Below are positions 1 to 12,000 of a DNA stretch of 64,000 nt, piece by piece. Within the stretch, counting starts at the first letter, position 1. Each line of letters begins with the position of its first letter. The stretch is from Caecitellus pseudoparvulus (taxonomy: Eukaryota; Protista; Bigyra: Bicosoecida): contig CBFFRQ010000053.1 of the NCBI GenBank assembly GCA_965644315.1, positions 372,001 to 436,000 on the forward strand, given 5' to 3'. The translations under genes and the position numbers were made by a program. The notes under the pieces were generated by a model, which was not told the DNA's origin, did no database searches, and was given only the letters and a program-made list of their open reading frames with translations.

Positions 1-2
1 TT

Positions 3-3000
3 GGCCTGTATTCCGTTGTCCAAGTCTTTGTTGCAGGGGTGGCCCAGGCTGTGAACACGGTGGGCGGCTTTGTTGCCATGGTGCCTCGCATTCGGCCTGC
101 CGATGTTGCGGATATCCGGTGGCAGATTAGATTGACCCACCTCGTTGAAAGTAACATGACTTTCTCGCCTAACGTCACGTTCACCTTCTACTCTGACCCT
201 ATTGATGCCAATGGAAGCTTTACGGGGTCTCGCGAGGTTGTGGTGGCTCCGGATCCTCCGCTGTACAGAGTCGCCAGCCGTGGACTGACGCTTGACCTGA
301 CAAGCGACAATTCCACCGAAAACGCCGACGAAGTTGTGCCTGGGGCTACGGTGGTCATGGCAGTAGGTTTGCAGTTCATTGAAGGCATAACAAATGATGC
401 CAAGGTGAGGGTTGACTTCGATTCTCCCGATCGCCTCTCGATGGTCTATGTGGACAGCATCACCGCCGCATCGGCCCTGTCATCTTCACTGGGAGACTTT
501 CACGATCTTCGCTTAACTCAAGTGCTGCATGATGCCGCAAACTCTTCTTGGATCGAAATCTCCCTTGGCCAAGTGAACAACTCAGACGCTGACAACTCCG
601 TACCGGAGTTCGTCAATGTCACGATCACCTTGTTCAGTCAAACGGTAGCCACGAATGTGCGCGGCGCGCTGAGTGTAGCAAATGCGTCAAAAGCATCCCG
701 CCTGGTCCCGCTTGGGCGACAACTCGCGTCCTCTGTGCTTGAAACTCTCGAACCCGACATCGCTGCTTCGATCTCCCCGCTTCTTGACACGGCTCCTGAT
801 GCAGGCGACACGTTCTCGATGACGGTTGTTGTTCAGGCCACCGCACCCCCTGGTGGGTACTCTGCCCCCTACAACTTGGTCGTGAGGGACTCCTTCTTGA
901 CACAAGGCAAGTACCGCATCGTCAGCGCACAGGTCACAGGAGGGTCTGGGGGTTCTACTTTTGTGGCAGCTGACTCACTGGGTGGGTTCGCTCCCTTGGC
1001 AACAGGCCCGGGTGGACTGACAGATTCTACGCAAGTCGCGACAGTGGACTCACTTCAGCCCGGCGCCTCACTGTCCTTAGCCTATGTGATCCAGTACAAC
1101 ACGTCAGTGGAAGCGGATGAGGACTTCCGGCCCCAAGTATGGGTTGAGTACGAATCCCACCCTCGCAGCCAGCACCACGTCGCACGAGCTTACCAGCTCA
1201 ACCAGGCGTCTATTGTCCAGCCAACGCTTAGCATATCCCCGAGTCAAGTCGCTGTGTCAACCTTCCCAGATCACGCAACAGACTCACTGACAGATGTGGT
1301 CATTGGCCAAGCTGTCGCTGTTCAAGTGGCTGTCAGGATCCCTGAAGGCACTGCTTCGAGCAGCAACGTCACTGTGAGGCTGGATCCACAAGATGTCTCT
1401 GTCTTCGTATCTGTTGACGCTGTGTTCCCTTCTTCTCCTAACCTTGTCGCGACTGAAGCGACTTGGGCCTCCATTGCCAGCTCCGCTGTCTCCGTTGAAG
1501 GCGAGTCCATGTTTTTTGACCTCGGTACCCTTGTGAATTTCGACACTGACAACGCTGTTGATGAGACGTTGAACTTTAATATGACTCTTCTTGTCCAGAA
1601 TGCCTCCCAGTTGGTCAGAGGAAGCACCGTATCAATTGAAGCAGCTTTCCTCAGCCAAGCTGAAGCAACCGCTCCATCAGACCAAGTCATCTTGCAAGTC
1701 AGAGAGCCCAGCCTATCCGATACGCACCCTGTCATTCCCTTGGTTGTCACAGACGTAGACAGCGGTGACTTGGTGAATGTCACGCTGTTCCTGTCCCATG
1801 CGACCGTGTCAGACTCGACCGCATTCAACGTCACACTGAGCGACACAGCGTTGACTTTGGGTCAGTACAGTGTTGTGAATGTTGCTTCTAACTCGTCAGC
1901 TGAGCTTGAGTGGCCACTTTCTCAAACTCCCGAACGAATTTGCATGCTCCCATTCATTTACGGTGATGAGACGGTCTCTTTGACTTTGACACTACTTTTC
2001 AACACATCGATCGATATCGCGGGGTCTGTTTCCACAGAATTTTCGGTTTCATGGACTTCGCATTTCAACCTTGGCGACGAACGGAAGTACGCCTTCGCAT
2101 CCCAGAACAACGCGGCTTTCCATCACTCAAGCCCCCAGATTGCCAGTTCCTATGTTAATGATGGAGCATCCCCTTCAACCTCCCAAGTGGTGGTGGGGTC
2201 CTTCTTGACATGGACTGTCCAAATCGCCCTCCCAGAAGGCACAGCGGACGATGCCACCTTCTCATTTAACATTGACGTACCAGACATCTTCAACAGTGAC
2301 TTGTCAATCGACGTTCAGGATGCATCCGTCTCTGGATCGGAAGTTGAGACTCGCTGTGGCGTGGGACTTGTCTCAAACTTGCCGCACGTTCCCGGAACAA
2401 GCGTCTCGGACACGGGAATCGAAATTCCTGCCTGCACCCTCGTGAACCTAAATCGTGACAACAATGTCAGCGAGCCGATCATTTTCACCATCGCTGGGAC
2501 GGTGCAGGACACACCATCTGTTGTTCAAGGCACGATCATCAATGTCACAACCAGGTTCGCCTCTCAATTCTACGACTCCGGTCCACGACCAGTTGTCGAA
2601 CTGTTAGTGGTGGAGCCCTTCTTGCAGGCTCCCGCCATCACCCCCGTCTCCGTCACCGACCGTGACGCTGGCGATGTGCTGCCCTTCCAGGTCACCCTGC
2701 AGCACACGCCTGGCAGTGACGCCACCGCCTTCTGGACACACCTCCTGGACAACGGCACCTTCACATACCTGGACGATGCAGGGGACCGTGTGGTGCTGCC
2801 GGGCGAGGCCATGTACACGCTGACCAGCGTGGCGGTGGACGGCACGCCGGGCAGTGTGGCGCGGTACACCGTGGACGGCACCGTCGTGTACCTGCCCGCC
2901 TTGACCCACGTGACCGGCACAGTGACAGTGGACATGGAGCTGACGCTGCTGCAGGCGGTGGAGGTCAGCACACAGGTGCAGCCATGGCTGCGTGTGGAGT

Positions 3001-6000
3001 GGGCGTCGCACAGTGCCGCTGAGCGGGCCCGGAACCGCACCGTGTACACAGCGCCTGCAGGCCAGCCTGTGGTGAGTGTGTCTGACCCCAGCATCACGCT
3101 GGTGGGCAGCACTGACGCATCTGTGGCATCTGACGTGGAGGCCAGCATCGGCACCTACATCACGTGGACCGTGGAGGTGGAAGTGCCAGAGGGCACCTAC
3201 CGCACTGCCGAGCTGGAGGTTGATGTCACCATGGTGTCGGGCGGTGTCGGCGACGCGCTGCTGCTGTCCACGCCTGCACTGCTGAGTGTGGCGGCCTTCC
3301 AGGAGACGACTGGTGGTGTGCGGACGCCGGCCTCCAGGAGCGACTGGTGGTGTGCGGACGCCGGGGTCGTCCGTGTCCAGCTCGTGTGCTGGTGTGGGCA
3401 CGTCCCTGGGCGCCTTGGTGGGCATGGAGGTGGTGCGGCCTGTGGGCCAGGGCTTTGTGCTGGACCTGTGCACGCTGGAGAATGCGCACCTGTCTGACAC
3501 CGACGCTGACGGGCTGAGTGAGGTGGTGGTGTTCCAGTTTGGCGGGCGTGTGCAGGATGTGGACGTGTCTGATGGTGTGGGTGGTGTCGCTCGTGGCGAC
3601 GTGTTTGAGAGCGTGGCACAGCTGACCAGTGCAGGTGTGCCGGCGGGTGCGACGGCTGTGACGTCGGCGTCGGTGCAGGTGGTGGAGCCGATGCTGTCGG
3701 CTGTGTCCATGACACCCTTGGCCACGGATGATGCTGATGCCAATGACGTGGTGACCTTCACTTTGGACATTGAGCATGTCCCAGTGTCCGACAGCACAGC
3801 CTACAACCTGGTGCTGTCTGACACGCTGCTGGTGTCTGGCGACTACGCCCTCGTGCATGTGGAGGTGGACGGCATCGTGACGTATGATGAGGCGGCACCC
3901 ACTGGCAGCCCCGCGGCGACCGGCGTGTTTGCCGAGATGCCTGCACTGAACGTGTCAACCAGCTCTGTGCAGGTGCAGTACGTTGTGCGGGTGAAGGCGG
4001 ATGTCGAGTTTGGAGTGACACTGCACCCTAACGTGACCCTGGCGTACAGCAGCCACCAAGTGCTGGCTGTGTCGCGAAACTACAGCAGCAGCCTTGGTGC
4101 GCCAGTGCACATTGGCGTGCGGGACACGGATACAGTAGCGTACAGCGTGGAGGTAGTGTCAGATGGAGACGCGCCAGCACCGCTGGGCAGTGTGGAGGTG
4201 GCGCCTGTGGGTAGCCTGGTGCAGGTCCTTGTGTCGTTAGAGCTGCCTGAGGGGCAGGCCAGTGCCTCAGAGCTGAATGTGACTTTGACGCGGCCCGACG
4301 TGGTGCAGTGGTTTGGGGGCAGTGCGGAAGCAGTGATCACCATCGCTGCATCGGCCGATGTGTCCAGCTCCTGTGCGGCGTCGTGGACCGATGTGGCAGC
4401 GGGCGCCACGCTGGGCCTCGACGGGGCGAGCTTTGTGCTGCCGCTGTGCACGCTGCAGAACGACAACGCTGATGATGGGCAGGTGGAGACGCTGAATGTG
4501 ACGGCTGTCCTGTACGTGGTGGACACACCCGCTGCTGTGCAGGGAGTGCAGCTGTTGGCGTACACCAACTTCTCCTCCGTGGCCAGCACCCCCACTGATG
4601 TGGCCAGTGATCTGCTGCAGGTGGTGGAGCCCTTCTTGCAGGCTCCCGCCATCACCCCCGTCTCCGTCACCGACCGTGACGCTGGCGATGTGCTGCCCTT
4701 CCAGGTCACCCTGCAGCACACGCCTGGCAGTGACGCCACCGCCTTCTGGACACACCTCCTGGACAACGGCACCTTCACATACCTGGACGATGCAGGGGAC
4801 CGTGTGGTGCTGCCGGGCGAGGCCATGTACACGCTGACCAGCGTGGCGGTGGACGGCACGCCGGGCAGTGTGGCGCGGTACACCGTGGACGGCACCGTCG
4901 TGTACCTGCCCGCCTTGACCCACGTGACCGGCACAGTGACAGTGGACATGGAGCTGACGCTGCTGCAGGCGGTGGAGGTCAGCACACAGGTGCAGCCATG
5001 GCTGCGTGTGGAGTGGGCGTCGCACAGTGCCGCTGAGCGGGCCCGGAACCGCACCGTGTACACAGCGCCTGCAGGCCAGCCTGTGGTGAGTGTGTCTGAC
5101 CCCAGCATCACGCTGGTGGGCAGCACTGACGCATCTGTGGCATCTGACGTGGAGGCCAGCATCGGCACCTACATCACGTGGACCGTGGAGGTGGAAGTGC
5201 CAGAGGGCACCTACCGCACTGCCGAGCTGGAGGTTGATGTCACCATGGTGTCGGGCGGTGTCGGCGACGCGCTGCTGCTGTCCACGCCTGCACTGCTGAG
5301 TGTGGCGGCCTTCCAGGAGACGACTGGTGGTGTGCGGACGCCGGGGTCGTCCGTGTCCAGCTCGTGTGCTGGTGTGGGCACGTCCCTGGGCGCCTTGGTG
5401 GGCATGGAGGTGGTGCGGCCTGTGGGCCAGGGCTTTGTGCTGGACCTGTGCACGCTGGAGAATGCGCACCTGTCTGACACCGACGCTGACGGGCTGAGTG
5501 AGGTGGTGGTGTTCCAGTTTGGCGGGCGTGTGCAGGATGTGGACGTGTCTGATGGTGTGGGTGGTGTCGCTCGTGGCGACGTGTTTGAGAGCGTGGCACA
5601 GCTGACCAGTGCAGGTGTGCCGGCGGGTGCGACGGCTGTGACGTCGGCGTCGGTGCAGGTGGTGGAGCCGATGCTGTCGGCTGTGTCCATGACACCCGTG
5701 TTACTGCGAAACATTGATGCTAACGACGTTCTCACGTTTCAGGTCATCGTTGCTCATGACGCTGTGTCAGATTCGACTGCTTTTCATCTGGCTATTTTCG
5801 ATGATGCCTTGACATCAAGACTGTACTCTGTCGAGTCTATCGTTGTTGACGGGGAGGTGACTTTCCAAGCTGCCCCCAATACCTCGTTCTATGGTGACGC
5901 CTCGGGTATGTTTGTCTCCATTCACAACCTCACAACCACTTCGGCGTTCAGTTTGATTGACTACCAGGTGCGAATCTCGTCCACCATCGAAGTTGGTTCC

Positions 6001-9000
6001 AGAATCGTGCCAAACTTGACGCTTACCTACTGGTCCCACCCCCTTGTCAGCTTTGGGAGGAACTACTCAGCTGAATTGGCAGCGCCGGTGGAAATCAACA
6101 TTCGGGATGCCTCGAACTTCACTGTTGATGTGTCTCTGACCTCAGATTCTTCCAGCCCCGCTGTTCCCGCGTTGAGTTCTGCGAAAACGCCCGTAGGGGC
6201 CCTTGTAGATGTGCACATGTCTGTTGAGTTCCCACAAGGTGTGATCTCGAATGCGGTCTTAGAAGTGTTCCTTAACTCGGCTGAGCAGGTCACGTGGTTT
6301 GACCCAGCGAGTGCCGGTCCACCGTCGTTTTTGACCGTCAACGCAACCACCTCGGCACTGACTTCTAGCTGCGGGGGTGTCCACAGCTTGGCAACGCTTG
6401 CCAGCTCTATCTCAAGCACGCGCTTGCTTGTTCCTTTGTGCAACATCACCCATGACCCCTTCACCAGTCCTGGGTTTGCTGCCCTGGAGCTGACTGCGCA
6501 GGTGCTTGTTCTGAACACGGCCGCCAACACAAAGGGGGCTCTGTGGGAAGCCACGCTTGAGTTTTCGTCGCAGTCCATCGAGGCCTTCAACGTCACATCG
6601 ACACCTGGAGTTATCGTCGAGCCAGCTCTGACAGCACCAGCTGTCGCTCCTCTCATGGTTGCGGGGCTAGATGCTGGTGACATAGTCAGCTTCAATGCGA
6701 CGTTTTCACACGAAGGACCCCTTCTCAGCGACGGCCATGCCTTCCATGTGCTGCTCGTGGACAACGGCAGCTTTTCCTTTTCGAGCGGGGGAGTTCCGTT
6801 GGTGTCCACCACACCCCTGTATGAGCTCGTGTCTGTTGAGGTTGATGGCGTCCCTGCAGGGGTTTCCAGCCACAGCGTAAACGGCGTCGTGTCAACACAA
6901 GCCTCCATGTTGCTCAGCGCCGGGGAGACCAAAGTAGCGTTTGCCATTCAACTGCTTCAAAGCATCGAGGCCGCGACCACTGTGACGCCATACTTCAGTA
7001 CTGAGTGGACAAGTCACCCTTCCTCGCGTGCAAGGAACTACAGCCGGTTTGCGAGCCCAACAGCCCAACCTATGCTCCTCATGCGTGACCTGGCTCTGTC
7101 GGCCAGTGTGCTCTCTGACAGCGCCACCGACGGGCAACTTAACGTGACCCTTGGCAGCCTCGTCACATGGCTTGTGGATATTGAGATTCCTGAAGGCACT
7201 GCCACCAACGCGACCTTTGTGTTGGATTTCTCCGACTCTGCATTCCTGGCGCATGTTGAAGCGCCCGCCTTTTCGTCCAGTCCCGGCCCATCTATCAACT
7301 CCTCTTGCGGAGCGTCCAGTGAAACACCACATGTGTTCTCGTTTGATCCGTCATTGACCTTGCAGTCTACCCGACTCACTGCGTCAAGCTCCCAAGTGCG
7401 CATTGACTCCTGTGCCCTGCGAAACTTTGACACATCCAATTCCCAAGCTGACTACCTCCAGCTTGTCGTTGCGGGAAGGGTCCACGAGGGCTCAGCCTCT
7501 GTGCAGCGTGGATCCACATTGAACTCATTGTTTTCGTCTGTGGGGCGGTTCAGTCCATTGCAGAATGCCAGCTTTGATGAGTTGGTTGTGCTCGAGCCAA
7601 CGCTTGCCCCGATTTCCGTGTCCCCTCCATCACGCGATCCTGTGGATGCGGGCGACTTGGTCACATTGTCACTCACATTGCATCATAACACCTCTTCGGA
7701 TGCGCATGCATACGATGTTCTTGTGCAAGACATGCACCTTGTGTGGGGCTCGTATGGCGCAGAGTTGGACGGCAGGCGATACGATACAGAGAGTGTCAGC
7801 ATCGACGGTGTCGTCGTCTTCAATGCTACAGCCGGCCATAACACGTATGGCCTTGACCCTCACGTAAATGGGACGTTTGCTGTGATCCCGAAGCTTCCGC
7901 TGGGCGGCTCAGTGACCATCGAGTACACCATTCGCGCAGGACCACTGCTTGAAGCTGCCTCCACCATAGGCACAGCCATCTCCACAAGTTGGCTCTCCCA
8001 TCCCGATATCGAATTTGCCAGGAACTACTCTGTTGAAGCTGCAGCGCAAGTAAACGTGTCAATCAGTGCTCCTACCCTGACCTTGGTTCGAACTAGTGAC
8101 AGCAGCACGTGGAATGACCAACACATTGCAGTTGGAGGTCTGTGGACCAACGACTTGGTGCTCGACATTCCGGAAGGGCGCTTATCCAGCGCAGTGCTTG
8201 AGCTCAACATCTCCTACGCCTCCAATGCTTCTGTTCCCACGAGGCCGCTGCTGTCAAACTTCTCTGTCCAGTCTGTCTCTGCCTCATCGACAGCAGTCAG
8301 TCCAAGCTACGCCTCCTGCATGGCAGGTGTCACCCATGTCCCTGGGCAGACAGAGTTTCTGCCTTTGCTGTCCACGTACACTGTCACTTCGTCTACTGAC
8401 GGCTGGACTACGGTGCGAATCCCACTGTGCACTCTCACCAACTCTGACCGAGACCCGCACACACGCGAGCATGTTGTAGTCAGGGTGCTTGCCCAAGTGA
8501 ATGGGTCTGAACCTGGGGCTGTGCGAGGAGCTACAATCTCCTCGCGGGGGCAACTGTCATCCGAGGTCGTGCAGTTCAGTGGGCCTAGCAATGTCTCTTC
8601 GTCGGCATTGACCACACAGATTGTGGAGCCGGCCTTGGTGTCGCCGTATGTTCAGCCCCAGCTCATTCACAGTCGCGATGCGGGGGACTTGCTGTCATTC
8701 ACCTTTGTCTTTGCCCATTCCATGCCTCCGAGTGACAGCGGGGCGTTTGAGCTTGCTGTGTTCGATTTGAACTTGCCCCGAGCCTTGGCCACTGAAACGT
8801 ACGAACCTGTGTCTCTGCTCATCAACGACACGGACGTGGCTGGCACAACATTCAACGGCACACGAGTTGGAGAGACTTCGGGTGTTGAGTTGGTCTTGGG
8901 CACTGCATGGACTGCATCGTACACAGTACGCCTTGGTGGAAGTGTGCGGCCTCTGCAAGTACTTCGACCCAATCTCACCTTCACCTTCAACAGCCACCTT

Positions 9001-12000
9001 GACGGGGAACGCAACTCTCTTTCGCGAGTCTACGCGTTGCAACCCTCCAGTGAGGCGCCTCAGATTTTTGTCAATGCCACACCGAGCATCGTTTCTGCTG
9101 ACCTTCATCCGCTCGACGGCGCGACAAGCAATGCTTCAGCTTTGACATATTCTGACGGGGAAGTTCCCCTGGCCGTTGGGCAACGTGCCCGCTTCGTGGT
9201 CGCGGTGCGCATCCCGGAAGGACTGACAGCCAGCGCAAGCGTGTCGATTTCGCTCTCTAGCCAGGACATGCTGCACCTTGACCTTGTCGAGGCATCATCT
9301 TCAGCCTCTGTTCCTGGAGGTGATGTGCAGGCTGACTGTGGCACCGGGTACGAGCCCCTTCATGGGCTTGGCAGCCGTGCACTGATTTCCGCGGACAAGG
9401 CAGAAGCTACACTGACCTTGTGCGACCTGTACAACTTGGATCGCAACAACTCGAGGAACAACTTCATCACGATTGAGTTCGGGGGTGTCGTGCCAGATAC
9501 CGCCTCAGCTGTGCCTGGCGCACAGTTCGGTGCTAACGTCACGTTCGCCTACTCTGCTGGTGGACGTGCTGCTACTCAAGCCCCCATGAACGAGACCGTT
9601 GCCTTCAGGATTGCGCGCATTGTGGAGCCTGTCTTAGCAGCTCCAGTGGTCAGTCCCGTAGAGCTTGGACCACACGATTCGGGAGACCTGCTTTGGTTCT
9701 CAGCTACTGTCAACCACTCCCTCAGTGCCTTCAACAACACTGCTTTCAACGTCACCCTCCTCGACGACCGGCTGCAGCATGGTCCTGGGGGTGCACTCGC
9801 TGCCACGGAGTACACCCTTGAGCAAGTGCTTGTGAATTCCGTCCCTGTGTACCTTGGGGGTGGGCAGCTTGCTTCAGGAATGCGAAGTGATCCTGGGCAA
9901 GGTATCTTGCTTCAAGTGGACCAGGTTCACCCAAGTGAGATTCTCCACGTCGATTGGCAAATTCGGCTCTCCCAGGAGGTCGAAGCCAACTCCACTGTGG
10001 CCATGCACCTTCATGGGGCGTACTTGAGCCACCCCGATGCGGGAGCCCGAGCGTTTGCCGTGCATGCTCAAGACATCCTCCCTGCACAGCCGGGAGTAGC
10101 GATTCACACTCCGTCTGCAAGCCTTGAAGTGCGATCAGATTCCTCTTCTCCTACGGAAGACAGCATCGTTGTTGGGCAGAGAGTGTTCTTCGACGTTGAG
10201 TTCTGGCTGCCTGAGGGAGTCACCAGTGATCTTGAGTTCACGCTGTCTTTGTTTCCAGCGGGCATGGTGACGATCATGGGCTTGTGGAGCAGACATGAGC
10301 AGCAACCTATGGACTTGTCCACCACCTCACCGTGTTCCGGTCAAAACTACAGCGCGATTGGACAGAACGTGTCTTCTGCTGTCTACAACGTAAACTTGTG
10401 CTCCCTCACAAACTCTGACACTGACAACGCAAAGCCAGAAACTGTGAAGATGACTGTGTACGGAATCGTGCAGAACTCTTCACTCGTGCAGCCCAACGCA
10501 ACTTTGCGAGCTGAAGCTGCCGCGCGTTCCAAGCTCACGGCCTTCGAAGCTACCGCGGCGATCAACAAGACAGTTGAGGTCTTCGTCGTCCAGCCGGTTG
10601 ACATCTCCATCTCTGAGTCTGTCTCCCCGTCTGCTGTTGCAACGATGGAAGAGTACACTGTGCAAGTTGACATGTTTGCAGACAACTCGACGGCAGTTCG
10701 AGGAGTCGTGGCTCTTGCAAGAGACGTAGAAGTGTTCCTCATGGTGCCGTCAGGGTTTATCCAGTACCTGCTGCGGAACACCACAGTTTCACGCAATGGT
10801 GTTCCAGCCCCCTTGCACTTGGATGGCCACGAGACACCTGCGGCCAGCTGGTATGGAACAGCTTCCAATGAGAGTGTGGTGGACCGGGCGTCTCTGGTGT
10901 CTGACCACGGGCTGGACTCCATCCTCCCGGTGCGGTATCCTCGAGTGGGTGACTTGGGCCTGCCCGCTTCGCGAAGGGAGCGCCTCCTCCACCACACACG
11001 GGCAAGCATGCCTGAGCACGCGCGATCCCTGTCAAGCGGATCAACCGAGAGTGTTGAGCCTCCCCCCACTTTCGACGTTGCAAGGGTCCGAGTTACGAAC
11101 ATGGCCCCTGGTGATGCAGTGAGCATCTCATTCACTGCCCTCGTTCCGGAGACCACGACTCCTGGCGCTGTCATCGTGCACTCCATGCTGGTGCAATGGT
11201 TCGCAACCCCAGTTGACCAGACGGCAGCAGGTGCGGTGCGACGCACTATCAGTAAGACTGTCAGCACTGTCGTCAATGTTGTGTGCGATGCAATCATTTC
11301 CTGTTCAGGAAACGGGCAGTGCCTCCCAAGCAACCAAACGGGGAAGGATGTGGGCTTCATTGGAGACCCACTTCTAAGCGGTGCAGGCACCATCTACAGC
11401 GGTGAGTCGCAGTGTGAGTGCAAGGCTGGCTGGACAGGCCCCAATTGCTGCACCTGCGATTCTTCAGTGCCTGCAAGCGAGCAGTGCAACGGAAACGGGC
11501 AGTGCCTCGTGGAAGGTGGCGGGCAGTGCACCTGCTCGGGAGCGGCTGGTGCGGAAGGCTTGGATCCTTTCTGCCAGGGACAGGCTTGCTCCACAAGCCC
11601 TGAGCTGTGTGCAAGCTCCAATTCGTCGTTTGCTGCCCTGCTGCCGCCCGGCCTGGGCGGGGTGTGCGCAGTTCAGTGTGAGGTGGGGGCTTGGAGTAAT
11701 TGGACCGTTTGCTCGGCTCCTTGTGATGGTGGCAACCAAACACGGTACAGGAATATTTCCGTGTACCCTGCTTATGGAGGAACGGAATGCCTCCCCCTCA
11801 ATGACTCCAGAGGGTGCAACGAGCGTGCGTGCGTCCTGACGGCGCAGGAAGCTCTGTGTGACATCAGCCAGGCAGACTTCTCAGTTGCTGCCGCCCTTCC
11901 GTTGGATACCTCACAAGAGCAGATTGCCGCATCCCTGACCGTGACCGTGCTGATCCTTGTTTTGTTCGCGCTCGTGGCGTTCTACTACCATCGAGCAGCA

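Noticed and set aside
3286-3497. Two separate genes or programmed ribosomal frameshifting at the ORF overlap
   Set aside because: Fully explained by the 34-bp duplication relative to the second repeat copy; no slippery heptamer seen.
2607-5697. 1.1-kb direct repeats as LTRs or a composite transposon
   Set aside because: Both copies and the spacer encode in-frame modules of the host protein; no TG...CA ends, target-site duplication, RT or transposase.
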